From Priapulus caudatus (Eukaryota), in NCBI RefSeq assembly GCF_000485595.1, contig NW_014577064.1:848821-887847 (forward strand): 39,027 bases of DNA. The letters are read 5' to 3'. A program made the position numbers and the translations under genes. Positions 12,413 to 25,174 of this stretch are shown in pieces. The notes beneath the pieces were generated by a model. It did no database searches. It had not been told where the DNA came from and was given only the letters and a program-made list of their open reading frames with translations. How positions within the stretch are numbered: the first letter of the stretch is position 1; each line of letters begins with the position of its first letter.

Positions 12413-12759
12413 CGCCTCTGTGCGTGCTGCCTGAGCAGCCATTGTTTTACAAATTGCCTAGCTTAGCCTCGTTTTCGTGCGATGACCCAGGTCATAAATA
12501 ATATTAAGACTGGTTCTATATCCACAAGACAGGTCTTATTAGAAGCAGTGTGTCAAAAGAACGCAGTCGGAAAGCCAATGTCAGATCTAACGCGGCTGCT
12601 AGGATGAGTCTGCAACAACCAACAGGGACCGACTCAAGCTGACAGGGAGCTCATTGTTTACTCTGAACGTTGTGGCGGGAGAGGCTCTACCGGATTGCAT
12701 TGTTAAGCCGCCGAGCCTCCGATGTACTCAAAAAACTGCGCCATTTCATCACGCAGCAC

Positions 12760-13450
12760 ATCTATCTATCTATCTTCATTCATCCACCATCCATCCATGC
12801 CATCCATCTATCATCCATCCATGCCATCTATCCATACCATCCATCCATCCATCCATCCATCCATCCATCCATCCATCCATCCATCCATCATCCATCCATT
12901 CCATCCATCCATCCATGCCATTCCATCCACTCCATCCATCCATCCATCCATCCATCCATCCATCCATCCATCCATCCAACCATCCATCACCTCCAAACCA
13001 TCCCATCCATACCATCCATCCATTCCATCCATCCATCCTCATTCATCCATCCATTTATCCATTCATCCATCCATCCATCCATCCATCCATCCATCAATCC
13101 ATCCATCCATCCATCCATCCAACCATCCAACACCCAAACCATCCATCCATCCATCCATCCATCCATCATCCATCCATCCATCAACCATCCATCCATCCAT
13201 GCCATACATCCATACCATCCATCCATCCCAACCATCCTCCATCCATCCATGCATCCATCCATCCATCGCATCCATGCCATCCATCCATCCATCCATCCAT
13301 CCATCCATCCATCCATGCCATCCATCCCATCGCATCCATCCATCCATCATCCATCCATTCATCCATTCATCCAGTCCATCCATCCATCCATCCATCTCAT
13401 CCATCCATCCATCCTATCCATCCATCCCATACCATCCATACTATCCATCT
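12760..13450. repeat. (CATC)n array (copies 21480-22127 and 33135-33806)
   Basis: Seen directly. It is the source of the SIHP and WMDG ORFs. Confidence 0.95.
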
Positions 13451-13470
13451 ATATATGTATATATCATATA

Positions 13471-14527
13471 CAGTAAAGGTCCAGAAATCCGCACCATCCG
13501 GAGATCTGGACTTGTAATAATACTCAATATACCTAAAATCATAATTAATTTGTATAGATAAGTAACTCTCTGCTTTCATTTGTTTAACCTGTATTTTTCT
13601 TTTACAATGTTTATTTAATAACGATGATTTCGAAGACATATACACCTCTTTTGTAGTGGAATTTTTTGTCAAGTTTTCGAGGTTTATTTTCTTTAAAGGG
13701 TGAGAAAGGTTAATTTCAGCGTAAATTTAGGTTTATAATTACGCCTTAACACTAAAGTTTCATGTCTCAATAACCATTAGAAATATTTTAAAAAAACGGT
13801 ATGTAAAACTAACGACTACAGTTTGATTACAACGACGGTGCGCCACTTTCAAAGCGCACGATTCTGATTACAGAAAGCGGCAAAACCACTTCCCAGCCAA
13901 GGGCTACAGACCGAGGGTGTTTCTTATTATATTTCATAGTTCAAAACAAAAGGATTGTAATATCTTATGAAACGACATATAGTTTCAGTTATAATACTGG
14001 ATAAATTTGCCCGTAACAAGAATATCGTTCGGCATTAAAATAGGGCATTTAGGTATAAATATAATTTCACACGTTTTGTGCATTAGCCCCTCGGTCTGTT
14101 GAAGCGTGCAAAATAAAATTGTATAAAGTACGTCAACTTTTTTCGGGGTGGAGAGCACGCGTCGCCGGATGTGCAAATGGCCGTTCAAATTTCGTACCGT
14201 TGATGTGTACTTAATTATAAACAATTAAATTAGGTATCTGGTAACAAATACGTGTGGGTATACGAGACATTTGTTTAAGCAGTAGGTACAGTTGATGGCA
14301 GTAAATCCTAGAGGCTACTGTCCTGCTTAAAACTGCTGTGTTTTGATAAATGAAGCGATGCTGTATGTTGCTAATGCATAAACTATATTAAAAATTATCT
14401 GTTCATCTCTTCTTTGTTTTCCTTAATATGATTGGGACATATTTGAAATTTAATGCCGAGAATGCCGGAAAATCCCGAAATCCGACTGAAACGCAATCCC
14501 CAGCAGTTCCGGATTCCGATTCTACTG
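13471..14527. mobile_element. Old non-autonomous Tc1/mariner (pogo/Tigger-like) element, TA TSD
   Basis: ta|CAGT...ACTG|ta. Using the cleaner copies (33826 and 27818), CAGTAAAGGTCCAGAAATCCGGAC vs CAGTAGAAGTCGGAAAATCCGGAC match at 19/24, with subterminal AATCCG repeats. It could be two half elements. Confidence 0.6.
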
Positions 14528-14543
14528 TAAGATAGTATAATTG

Positions 14544-14583
14544 TATACTGATGAAGAGAGACATATACGTCGAAAGCTGCTAG
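14544..14583 (+). ncRNA. Minimal type I hammerhead ribozyme, noisy copy
   Basis: ATACTGATGAAGAGAGACATATACGTCGAAAGCTGCTAG, the same locus as 27765-27803 with indels. Confidence 0.5.
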
Positions 14584-14589
14584 TTGCTA

Positions 14590-14629
14590 CGTGCGCGCGC
14601 GCGCGTGTGTGATGTGTGTTGTGTGTGTG

Positions 14630-14664
<35 letters not shown>

Positions 14665-14685
14665 GTGTGTGTGTGTGTGTGTGTG
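14590..14685. repeat. (GC)n/(GT)n microsatellite (inverse copy 27663-27760)
   Basis: Seen directly. Confidence 0.93.
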
Positions 14686-15037
14686 ATACTGTGTAAGGCG
14701 TGGTGTAGTACTGGTGTCGTTCGCGTAACAATGATGATCCAGTCATAACATAGGCAATATTAAGCTAATACGCGAATATGACGAGTGTTCAATAGCGACA
14801 AAGTCGTGATACGGCGCCACGGTAACTGGTTGCGCCGCTCTACCGTGTATGTCGCCAGGGGGGGGCCGTGAAGATGCAGTCTGTGGCTTCTGCTGATCAC
14901 GGCGACGGCGCCGAAACGTTACCCGGCTCGACGCTGCCGCGCAGCAAAATAGAGCGGGCGGTATAGTACAACGCGGGCACCTGGCCCGGCCGCTACCGCT
15001 GGCTACTACACGCACGCATCTAATAGGCCGCTGCTAT

Positions 15038-15296
15038 GGGTCGTTGTCGTTGCAGGGACAGCACGATATGTACCCGCACGAGTAGGCATATAGTGTGTAC
15101 ACAGAAGTGTACGCCAGACTTGTACTACCGAAGTGTAGCCCCTAACCTAATCTTAACGAGTACCCGAACCTAACCCTAACCCTAACCCTAACCCTAAATC
15201 AACATACCTCAATGAAGAGAATATAAACTAATCACTAAAACAACGCTAAAACTACAACGGGTACATATCTGTAGTACGCTAATACGAAAGCGACCC
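15038..15296. mobile_element. MITE with internal (CCCTAA)n, noisy copy of 27131-27370
   Basis: Noisy revcomp of the cleaner copy, with (TAACCC)n at ~15165-15197. Confidence 0.65.
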
Positions 15297-16000
15297 TCTG
15301 CCTTAGAGCACAGCGCCGGAAAACAAACCGCAAGGTGCGGCTCGTCGAAACACGATAAATAATTCATCGAGCCCGTTGATTTGCAAATTAGGCAACACAC
15401 TTGCTCTGTACGTGCGTGCTCCTGAACCTGCTGCACCGCGTGTCCGCGCCGTGGAGTGGCCATGGGCATGTCTCCTGGCCAGATTCCTGGCGCTAAACAC
15501 GAGCGATCGCTGTGGCCCTAGCGTCGGCGCCACACCAGAAGACGCCACAACTGTGAATGGACTGTGATGAACAAAACATGCAACCATCGTCCGGCACGCA
15601 TATTTGTTTGTATAGCGTCTCGTCTTTAGTTACCTAATGGTAGATTCGTTTTCTCTTTTCCTTTGCTTTTTTGTTTAGTTGGTGTTTAGATTTTGTCATG
15701 TCCATCTACGGCTTTAGCTATCTTGAAAACGAAAACAAAATCTAATGGCACATGCATAAGACCGTTACGACATATTTCTGTGGTGAAAAGTGCAAACACT
15801 CGCACTGCGTTTTTTTCGTGAGAACCTATTGTTAAGCTATGTTGCAACTGGAATATGGCTTAAATTTGGACGCTGTAATAGTCAAAAAAACGGACTCCTG
15901 TAAAAACCTCAGCGCCCCAATTATTCTTTCTATAGGTGTGTGAATATGCGACCGGTCACGTCTCAAGCTTATTGACAATATTTTAACATTTCCATCAATA

Positions 16001-17350
16001 TCTATATTATAAGAGAGAAGAGGCCGCATTTTCCTGGGTAATCTTCGCGGCGTGATCGAGCGTCAAGCCCATCGCCACCGACTTTCTGTGTATAACCGCG
16101 TGTCGTCCCGCACACCATGCAACATAGGCAATTATCCATATTTGTCAAATGCACCCATAAATTTATACGATATAATGACGATTAAAAAGGCCGTAATACG
16201 GCGATAATTCTAGCAGTGGGGTGATTCAGAAAATGTAACAGCAAAAATTTTCGCTGCGAATGTAGCCAATCTAGCGGACTAAAAAAAGCGCAAAAACATT
16301 GTTAATAACCAAGTTTACTATGCGCAAATTTATACATTTTTGTTATAATGAATTCGTTTGTCAGTTGAGTCTTAAAATGCAAGTACAACACACACTTTTA
16401 GTGGTGTCATTTTACGTTATTTTGTAAATTTTTTAAATTGTAATTTGTCCTGTGTATACATTCGGATATAATCATGTGTAAACATATTATAAAGAATTAA
16501 GGTTTGTTAAAATCAAGTGGGCTATTCATATTTTGATAATGTCATAATGGTGACGTTTCCACTGGTGGCAGAACTTCTCCAAATTGACCAACTAAATTTT
16601 TAAAATGAGGTGATATCCATTACGTTTTGGAGAAATATTTACTTTTTCAAAATCTGCCCATTATTTTACGATGAAAAGTGGCCCTGAACGATACCGTGCT
16701 ATATTGACGGTTTTAGTTTAAATGAGCCTATCGTATTTAGTTTAGTTTAGCTTCATGTATTATTTTAATGTAAAGCGAATCCGAACGATAAAGAGAGACA
16801 CTGGACAGATGTCACAAATTGTGTATTTAAAAGGGCAAGACGAGGCTTTGCAAAGCCACGAGAGGCATATTCATAATAACTTGGCGCAATTTCATACAAT
16901 GATTTGTATATCCATGAAGCTCTGACTACACAGAATCATAGAATCGTTCGATACTGTTTTTTAATCCCCGAATATTGCGTAATTGTTTGTTTCTCTGTTA
17001 CGAATCTATCTTTAGAATTAAAGTAAAAAAAAATTATAAAAAAGGTAAACCCGAGCCACCCGCTACCCCTAAGAGTGGTCGCTGAGATTAGCCTTGGCGT
17101 GTATACCATGCTGGTGGGAAGGGTGATTACGTCTTCTAATCCATCCGAATCTCTACCCGTAGATTGACTCCAGTCGTGGCTGGATAGTGTTTTAGATGTG
17201 AAATCCAGTTACCTCTCTTCCGTTTCTTAATGGGATCGCTATGGGGAGGGGGTGAAAATATTAGAAATTAAGTAAGTATATGCGGCTGAATTTGCTCATT
17301 AAAGTTGTTTCCACGCGTTTTTCCCCGACAACGCCGGCGTACCAGGCTAG
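16001..17350 (+). mobile_element. Non-autonomous Helitron, ~1.3 kb
   Basis: Starts a|TCTATATTATAAGAGAG and ends with a CCCG(AG)CAACGCCRGG hairpin followed by CTAG|t. This fits the TC...CTAG termini, A|T target and lack of TSD. The 3' end is better supported than its pairing with this 5' end. Confidence 0.7.
17151..17227 (-). mobile_element. Penelope-like GIY-YIG C-terminal fragment, noisy copy
   Basis: Frameshifted revcomp of 25298-25372. Confidence 0.6.
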
Positions 17351-18039
17351 TATATAGATAAATGCAACGCTGCTTGTCTAAATGTGTTTTAGCTTAAGTT
17401 TATGCTAGCAGAAGACAGGTAATACTAACCATCTCAGATATCGTGTGAAGCGACTACCTTTACAACGAGCTCATTAATAAATAATGAGATTCAACGCAGG
17501 GATTGCGACGCCAACTGTCTTTGTTTGTGTCTTAGTTACGAGTTGTTGCCGCTAGTCGGCGCTGATCTGGCGCGGTGTTGACGTCATATTGAAACGTCTG
17601 GCAAGACTCGTTGGTGAACTCTCCTATTGTATACGACTTTGGCTAAATCTAATTAAATCACTACATTCATAATGTGAACGGCAGCAGTGATTCTGCACAT
17701 CAATCATAAATGTCAATTATAAATGGCCGCAATAGAAAGATGCATAGCGAAACGTAAAGAAGCTGTAGAACTGATGACACATGTTAGATGAAACGAAATG
17801 AAAAAGGAGACGAAGTGTGGAGAACACCTGGCCAAGGAGAATGCGAAGAAAATGAGGAAACGTAGAGAAAAGTGAATGAGATAACCGAAAAACATGTTGA
17901 CGTGTAGAAAGATGAGGAAAGAAGAGAATAGCGAGTGCTAATGAAGGCGGCATAAGAAGAGGAGAACCAGAGAAAAACTCAATTAATCTGTTAGCATGAT
18001 TAACGAAGCATTGTTAGTAATTATAAATATATACGAACG

Positions 18040-18486
18040 CCTGCTGAGGCCAGTCAACGTTTTGCGTTCGAATGCAGGCACGGGGACGCTGTAGTAGACC
18101 AAGGCGAACCGCATTCACCGCCAGAAGGCTGCTTTCCTCCGATACGACTCGCAACGATCTGTTGGTCACGCGACAGCCAGTTGGCAGGCACGCGCTCCGA
18201 CATGTGTCCGCGCAGGCTGGCGCTGATGTCGAGAAATGTCGCCTCGAACGTGACAGAGTCCGAGGCGCCCTCTCTTGCTGGCTATGTCGCCGACACTGTC
18301 GTTAGGGGCAGCTGGTTTGCGGCCGTACGTCGAGGCGAGCTTGCGCGTTGTAGGCCTCACAGGAAGCGATTCGTACACCTCTTTCTGCAAGCCTTCGCTA
18401 GAGGCGCAACGATCGCCGACAAGACGAGCAGCAGCGTCAACTAGCGACGCGAGAGAAGCGGCGGCGTCTTCGTACGGCGCTACCAT
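18040..18486 (-). other. Frameshifted second representation of the glutamate receptor exon (probably sequencing error, not a pseudogene)
   Basis: Collinear with 24102-24518 but full of 1-bp indels; QKEVY and VGDIA survive in ORF 18166-18579. Confidence 0.8.
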
Positions 18487-19270
18487 CCTTGCAGCGGCGG
18501 CGAACGATGAAACGATGGTGGCTTCAGTCGCGAAGTCCGAGAGGGTCCGACGAGAAAAGGGATAGCAGGCAGGCAGCACGTGTGCTGCTCAGCTGCCGCT
18601 GCAACGCAGATTATCATTATCTTGATCGGTTGATCATAATCCGCAAAATTGGCGGCGCGCAACTAAGTGGCACGCATAATTAGGCGAGGTTTGTCGAGAA
18701 TAGACTGATAAACACGGGTGTAGTCAATAGGGCTGGGGCGGCGGGCAGCTCGCAATGAGACGGCGCCTAGATGAAAGTCGCGGTGTCGGCAGGCTAGAGG
18801 ATGAAAGCCCTGTTCCACACGCGCTCAATGCATCGACAGCGCGACCCCCCAGGCCCCGGCCACGGTTGGTTGGGAAAACGGAAAAATCCGGTCCGCCCCG
18901 TCGTTATACGAGGGGAAGATCCTGGCTTCGTGGAAAGTTAGCATGGGCGCCAAACAGCAGGCAGCATTCGCAACGTGACCGTTAGGCACGGCAACAACGT
19001 CGGCTGAGGCTAATAAGCGGCGAGACGAAAGTTGATCACCGGCGTGCACGCAGTCGGGGCGTGTGCCGTAGGTCGACACTCCAGCGGCGAATGAGCATCG
19101 CTAAGAGTTAAGCTCCTATCGTTATCATATCGCAGGGCGGGCGAGTCGACCAGCAAAGTGAATGTCGCCGATATCCGAGCGAACACCGAGGCAGCAGGTC
19201 ATAGGCTGGGGCGTGTCTGACATGGCCAGTGCGCGGGCGGGCGGGGGGAGGGGGCAGGCGGCAATAAGCA

Positions 19271-19295
19271 NNNNNNNNNNNNNNNNNNNNNNNNN
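19271..19295. other. Assembly gap, exactly 25 N
   Basis: Counted directly. Confidence 0.99.
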
Positions 19296-19370
<75 letters not shown>

Positions 19371-19381
19371 TGTGTGTGGTT

Positions 19382-19441
<60 letters not shown>

Positions 19442-19449
19442 TGTGGTGT

Positions 19450-19485
<36 letters not shown>

Positions 19486-22203
19486 CCCTGCATGATTATA
19501 GGAATCTGCCATTAGTGTTTAGATTCCGCATCACAAGTCGATCATCCCCAATCCAGCGAAGTTCATGAGAGTGTTCCATCATTTAACACAAATTCGCTAG
19601 CGATTTTATCCAAATCATTATTTCTACTCTTTCATACACACTTTTAAAAATAAAATTGTGAATAAAACTACGTACTAAATGCTATTAATGTAGCGTGATT
19701 TGGGTTAGACATAATATGACCTTATGATGCCCTGCGCTTCAAATGAAACATCTTGCTCAGTGTTACAGAATAGGTTGAACTGAACGTAGAATTAGTAATT
19801 ATTTGAGCTAATGCGGCCACATGGCCTTGTAAATGTGTCAAGTAATGCCACCCCTGCTTCAGTAGGCTGAGTACGAATCATGATATTAAACTTACTACAC
19901 ATACGTTAAGCCCGGCGCACAACGTGGCGATTTTTATCGCTAGTACCGGCGATTCTGTGCCGGCGACAAAATCGCCGAGAAATCGCCACGTGTGCGCTGC
20001 CGGCGTCACGATTTGACGCCAGAAACTCGTGCCTTGGAATATCAAACATGTTTGATATTTGTTGCCAGAGTCGCTGAACAATCGCTACGTGTGCGCCGCA
20101 CTGGCGATGGATCTCCGGCAACAGTTTTTGGATTAACCAATCAAATGCATGATTTGAAGCACGTGATCAAATATTGGCAGCGCCCGTGGTGTGGTTGAAC
20201 AGGTCACGTACAGTTCATCAGCTGGTATGTCGCTGATAGACGGTTGAATTGTCGCCAGGTGGCGCACACGTGCGATTTTTATCGACAGTACCAGCGATAA
20301 AAATCGACGGTACTGTCGATAAAAATCGCCACGTGTGCGCCGCCGGCTTTAGAATGAATCTGCCCAACCTCAGGCTACAAAAGCTGGAAATAATGAGGTG
20401 ACCTCTCAGGGGGTCACACGTGTGTGTATCTGCGTGTACGTGCGTGTACGTGCGTGTACCTGCGTGTACGTGCGTGTACCCGCGTGTACGTGCGTGTATC
20501 TCCGTGTACCCGCGTGTACGTGCGTGATTCTGCGTGTTACGTGTACGTGCGTGTATCTGCGTGTACGTGCGTGTATCTGCGTGTACGTGCGTGTACCCGC
20601 GTGTACGTGCGTGTACCTGCGTGTGCGTGCGTGTAGCCGCGTGTACGTGCGTGTATCTCCGTTTACCCGCGTGTACGTGCGTGTATCTTGCGTGTACCGT
20701 GCGTGTACGTGCGGTATCTGCGTGTACGTGCGTGTACCTGCGTATACGTGCGTGTACCCGAGTGTACGTGCGTGTACCCGCGTGTACGTGCATGTATCAT
20801 CGCTGTCCGCGTGTACGTGCGTGTATCTGCGTGTGTACGTGTACGTGCGCTGTATCTGCGTGTAGCGTGCTGTACTTGTGCGTGTACCGGCCCGCGTGGT
20901 ACGTGCGTGTACCTGCGTGTACGTGCGTGTACCCGCGTGTACGTGCGTTTACTCCGTGTACCCGCGTGTACGTGCGTGTACGTGCGTGTATCTGCGTGTA
21001 CGTACGTGTTCCCGCGTGTACCCTGCGTGTATCTGGCGTGTACGTGCGTGTATCTCCGTGTATCCGCGTGTACGTGCGTGTATCTGCCATGTACGTGCAT
21101 GTACCCGCGTGTACGTGCATGTACACCCTCTGTGCGTGCCTGCCTGAGCAGCCATTGTTTACAAAATTGCCTAGCTTAGCCTCGTTTCGTGCGATGACCC
21201 CAGGTCATGATAATATTAAGACTGGTTCTATATCCCAAGACAGGTCTTATTAGAAGCAGGTGTGTCAAAAGAACGCAGTCGGAAAGCCAATGTCAGATCT
21301 AACGCGGCTGCTGGATGAGTCTGCAACAACAACAGGGACCGACTCAAGCTGACAGGGAGCTCATTAGTTTACTCTGAACGTTGTGGCGGGAGAGGCTCTA
21401 ACCGGATTGCATTGTTAAGCCGCCGAGCTCCGATGTACTCAAAAACTGCACCATTTCATCACGCAGCACATTCGTATCTATCTATTATCCATTCATCCAT
21501 CCATCCATCCATCCCATCCATCTATCCATCCATCCATACCATCATCCATCCATCCATCCATCCATCCATCCATCCTCCATCCATCCATCCATCCATCCAA
21601 TCCACCATCCATCCATCCATCCATGCCATCATCATCCATCCATCATCCATCCATCCATCCATCCATCATCCCATCCATCCAACCATCCAACATCCAAACC
21701 ATCATCATCCCATCCATCCATCCATCCATCCCATTCATTCCATCCATCCATTTATACCATTCATCCATCCATCCATCCATCCATCCATCCATCCACCATC
21801 CATCCATCCATCCATCCAACCATCCAACCACCCACCATCACATCCATCCATCCATCCATCCATCATCCATCCATCCATCACATCCATCCATCCATCCATC
21901 CATCCATCCATCATCCATCCAACATCCTCCACATCCAGCCATCCATCCATCCATCCATCGCATCCATCCATCCATCCATCCATCCATCCATCCATCCATC
22001 CGCCATCCATCCCATCCATCCATCCATCCATCCATCCATCCATTCATCCATTCATCCATCCATCCATCCATCCATCCATCCATCCATCCATCCATCCTCC
22101 ATCCATCCATCCATCCATCTATCCATCTTATATGTATATATCATATACAGTAAAGGTCCAGAAATCCGCACCATCCGGAGAATCTGGACTTGTAATAATA
22201 CTC
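19296..22203. other. Block 2: direct copy of ~10546-13523
   Basis: Same order of TA/GT, MITE, minisatellite and CATC, ending at CTGGACTTGTAATAATACTC. Confidence 0.93.
19909..20348. mobile_element. Harbinger-like MITE, copy 2 (same flanks as 11172-11618)
   Basis: TTA TSD, TIRs and the same flanking sequence. Confidence 0.85.
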
Positions 22204-23337
22204 TAATATATATAACCGCAACACGACTAGTTTCACTAACTATAGACGTGTTGTAATAGTATTTTCTAACCATAATCTGGCCAGATCTAGTAGAGTGAAT
22301 GCGCAGCGTGTGTGACAAGACCAAAGTTTTTAGAATCTGACAATCATACAGTCGATGCAGCCTGGCTTCCCATGTTCATTACATATGCGGCATAATAACA
22401 GCGTATCGAAAACGACAATCGATTTGACATCGACGACAAATGATACAGCGACCATGATCGCTGGGTGATGATGCAAACCGCTCGCGTTGCATACACTGTT
22501 ACTGTAGTTACTTGGCCATTGCCCAATTTCGACTGATTGTGAGTGATATCGCCCCATTCAGTTCGGGGGCATTTTCATTACTGTATACTGCTGGAAGTAT
22601 CGTAAGGTTATTACATTTGGCTAGTAACCCAGCTGGACTGGCCCGATCGGTATACCATTAAACCCGCGATGTGAATTAGGGGATATGGGGGGAAGCCGAA
22701 AGGCGGAGTAAGCGAGCGAGGGACGACGCACGACCCCCCCCCCCCCCAACACACACACAAACCCCCTCCCACACCCACATACACCCCACGTACATAGATA
22801 CAAGTATTCTATAGTTGTGAAGGAGAAATAGGAGTTTTGTGGGCAGGGAAACCCAATATGTTGCCCGAATAACGAGCCAATAATCGTTTTGTTATATATA
22901 TGTAAAAGCAGGAGAGTAGGGCTGTGACACACAAACACTAGAAATCAGAATTATACATACTAGACTCATAATACATTATTTATTAGGCGTAAATTAACTC
23001 AATTAACACGAACACAAACATTACCTTATACATTCAATAACCCTCGCCTCCAATCGCTTTCCCATACATAATCACAATTCGGAAATAAATACTCTATTTT
23101 CCGCCATTTGGAAAATCTATACCCAGTGCTAAAAAACATATCGCAGTAACATTTGCCAAGGATATTACTTTGGGGGATCGGTAAAGAATTTTGCATTTAT
23201 TCATGTGTTTATGCCAGGAACAGCGCCGCTTAGCGGGCAATATCGCTTATAATGCCATGGCGCATGACATGCTCCGCACAAATTGCAATGTGGAATTTTT
23301 TTCGCAGCCATATAAACCCCCCCCCCCATATATATTT
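22204..23337. other. Block 3: revcomp of ~9413-10552
   Basis: Begins TATATATAACCGCAACACGACTAG and ends AAACCCCCCCCCCCATATAT. Confidence 0.93.
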
Positions 23338-24101
23338 AGCTCTGCAAGCCGTGCGGGCGGTGTGAAGAGCAGTCTTTAAACAGGACCTTCGGGATATCGT
23401 ATTGTATTGCGCTGCCCCCTCCCCCGCGGCCCGACGCACGGCCATAGTCAGACACGCCCAGCTATGACCTCTGCTCGGTGTTCGCTCGGATATCGGCGAC
23501 ATCACTTGTGTCGCTCGCCCGCCTGCGATATGATAACGATAGGCTAACTCTAGCGATGTCATCGCCGTGAGTGTCGCTACGGCACACGCCCGACGCGTGG
23601 CGCGGTGATCAACTTTCGTCTCCGGTTTATAAGCCTCAGGACGTTGTTGCGTGCTAAGGTCACTGCGCGAATGCTGCCCTCTGTTGGCGCCCGATGCCAA
23701 CTTTCACCGAAGCCAGACTCCCCTCGTTAAACGACGGCGACGATGCCGTCACACGTGCGCTGGGGTCGCCGTCGATGCATGAGCGCGTGTGGAACAGGGC
23801 TTCATCCTCTAGCCTGCGACACCGGACTTCATCAGGCGCCGTTCATGCGAGCTGCCCGCCGCCCAGCCCATTGACTACACCCGTGTTTATTCAGTCATCT
23901 CGACCAACCTCGCCTAATTATTGCGTGCCACTCCAGGCGCGCCAATTTTGCGGATTAGATCAACCGATCAAGATAATGATATCTGCCGTGGCAGCGGCAA
24001 GCTGAGCAGCACGACGCTGCTGCTGCTGCTATCCCTTCTCGTCGGACCCTCTCGAACTCCGACCGAGGCCACTATCGTCATCGTCGCCGCCGCCATGCAA
24101 G

Positions 24102-24518
24102 ATGGATAGCGGCGTACGAAGACGCCGCCGCTTTCTCGCGTCGCTAGTTGACGTGCTGCTCGTCTTGTCGGCGATCGTTGCGCCGTCTAGCGAGGTGCAG
24201 AAAGAGGTGTACCGAATCGGCTTCCTGCTGAGGCCAACAACGCGAGCTCGCCTCGACGTCGGCGCCCTAACGACAGCTGTCGGCGACATAGCAGCAAGAA
24301 GAGGCGCCTCAGACTCTGTCACGTTCGAGGCGACATTCCTCGACATCAGCGCCAGCCTGCGGGACAACATGGAGCGCGTGTGCAACTGGCTGTCGCGTGA
24401 CCAACAGATCGTTGCAGTCGTATCGGAGGAAAGCAGCTTCTGGGTGAATGCGGTCGCTGGTCTACTACAGGTCCCCGTGCTCGCATTCGGAACGCAAAAC
24501 GTTGACTGGCTCAGCAGG
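24102..24518 (+). CDS. First coding exon of an ionotropic glutamate receptor, NMDA-type (GluN1/GluN3-like): signal peptide plus start of the LIVBP-like ATD
   Basis: Kozak CAAGATGG, a basic then hydrophobic signal peptide, then VYRIGFLL...LTTAVGDIAARRG...FEATFL...MERVCNWLSRDQQIVAVV...VNAVAGLLQVPVLAFGT. By eye this parallels GluN1 IVNIGAVL...FREAVNQANKRHG...LNATSV...MALSVCEDLISSQVYAIL...VSYTAGFYRIPVLGLTT. Phase-0 donor AGG|GTTCGT, followed by AT-rich sequence. Confidence 0.8.
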
Positions 24519-25174
24519 GTTCGTATATATTTATAATTACTAACAATAGCTTCGTAATCTGTAACAAGATTACATTGAGTTTTCTCTGGTTCTCCTCTTC
24601 TTATGCTCGCTTCATTAGCCTCGCATTCTCTTCTTTCCTCATCTTTCTCACGTCACATGTTTTTCGCTTTCTCATTCACTTTTCTCTACGTTTCCTCATT
24701 TTCTTCTCATTCTCCTTGGACAGTGTTTCTCCACCTTCGTCTCCTTTTCATTCGTTCATCAACATTGTCATCAGTCTACGCTTCTTACGTTCGCCTTGCT
24801 CTTTCTATTGCGCCATTTTATAATTGACATTATGATGATGTGCAGAATCCACTGCTGCGTTCAATTATGATGTGTGATTTAATTAGCATTATAGAAAAGT
24901 CCGTATACAATAGGAGAGTTCACAAACAGGTCTTGCAGACGTTTCAATATGACGTCACACGCGCGAGATCAGCGCCGACTAGCGGCAACAATGTAACTAA
25001 GACACAAAACAAGACAGTTGGTCGCAAATCCCTGCGTAATCTCATTTTTATTAATGAGCTCGTTGTTATAGGTAGTCGTTCACACGATATCTGAGATGTA
25101 GTATTAACTGTTCTTCTGCTAGCATACATAAGTAAAACACATTGTAAGCAAGCAGCGTTGCATTTATATATGTG

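Larger units (their letters stand above)
7771..19270 (-). other. Block 1: full 11.5-kb segment, inverted relative to the flanks, noisy sequence
   Basis: Its right end (19232-19270) is a noisy revcomp of 7738-7770. Its content is re-found at 19296-34530. Confidence 0.9.

Noticed and set aside
11678..12420. CAGGGGGT...CCTCTG ends around the minisatellite as hAT TIRs
   Set aside because: The match is short and imperfect, and there is no 8-bp TSD.
11624..13561. Long ORFs of 220-290 aa (RVRACTCVY, SIHP and WMDG repeats) and their copies at 20218-22206 and 32003-33985
   Set aside because: They are translations of stop-free mini/microsatellites, open in several frames on both strands.
17765..17800. 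Other CTGATGA hits (17771, 35511 and minus-strand 35906-35912) as hammerheads
   Set aside because: They lack a correctly placed stem II, GAAA, UH and stem I pairing.
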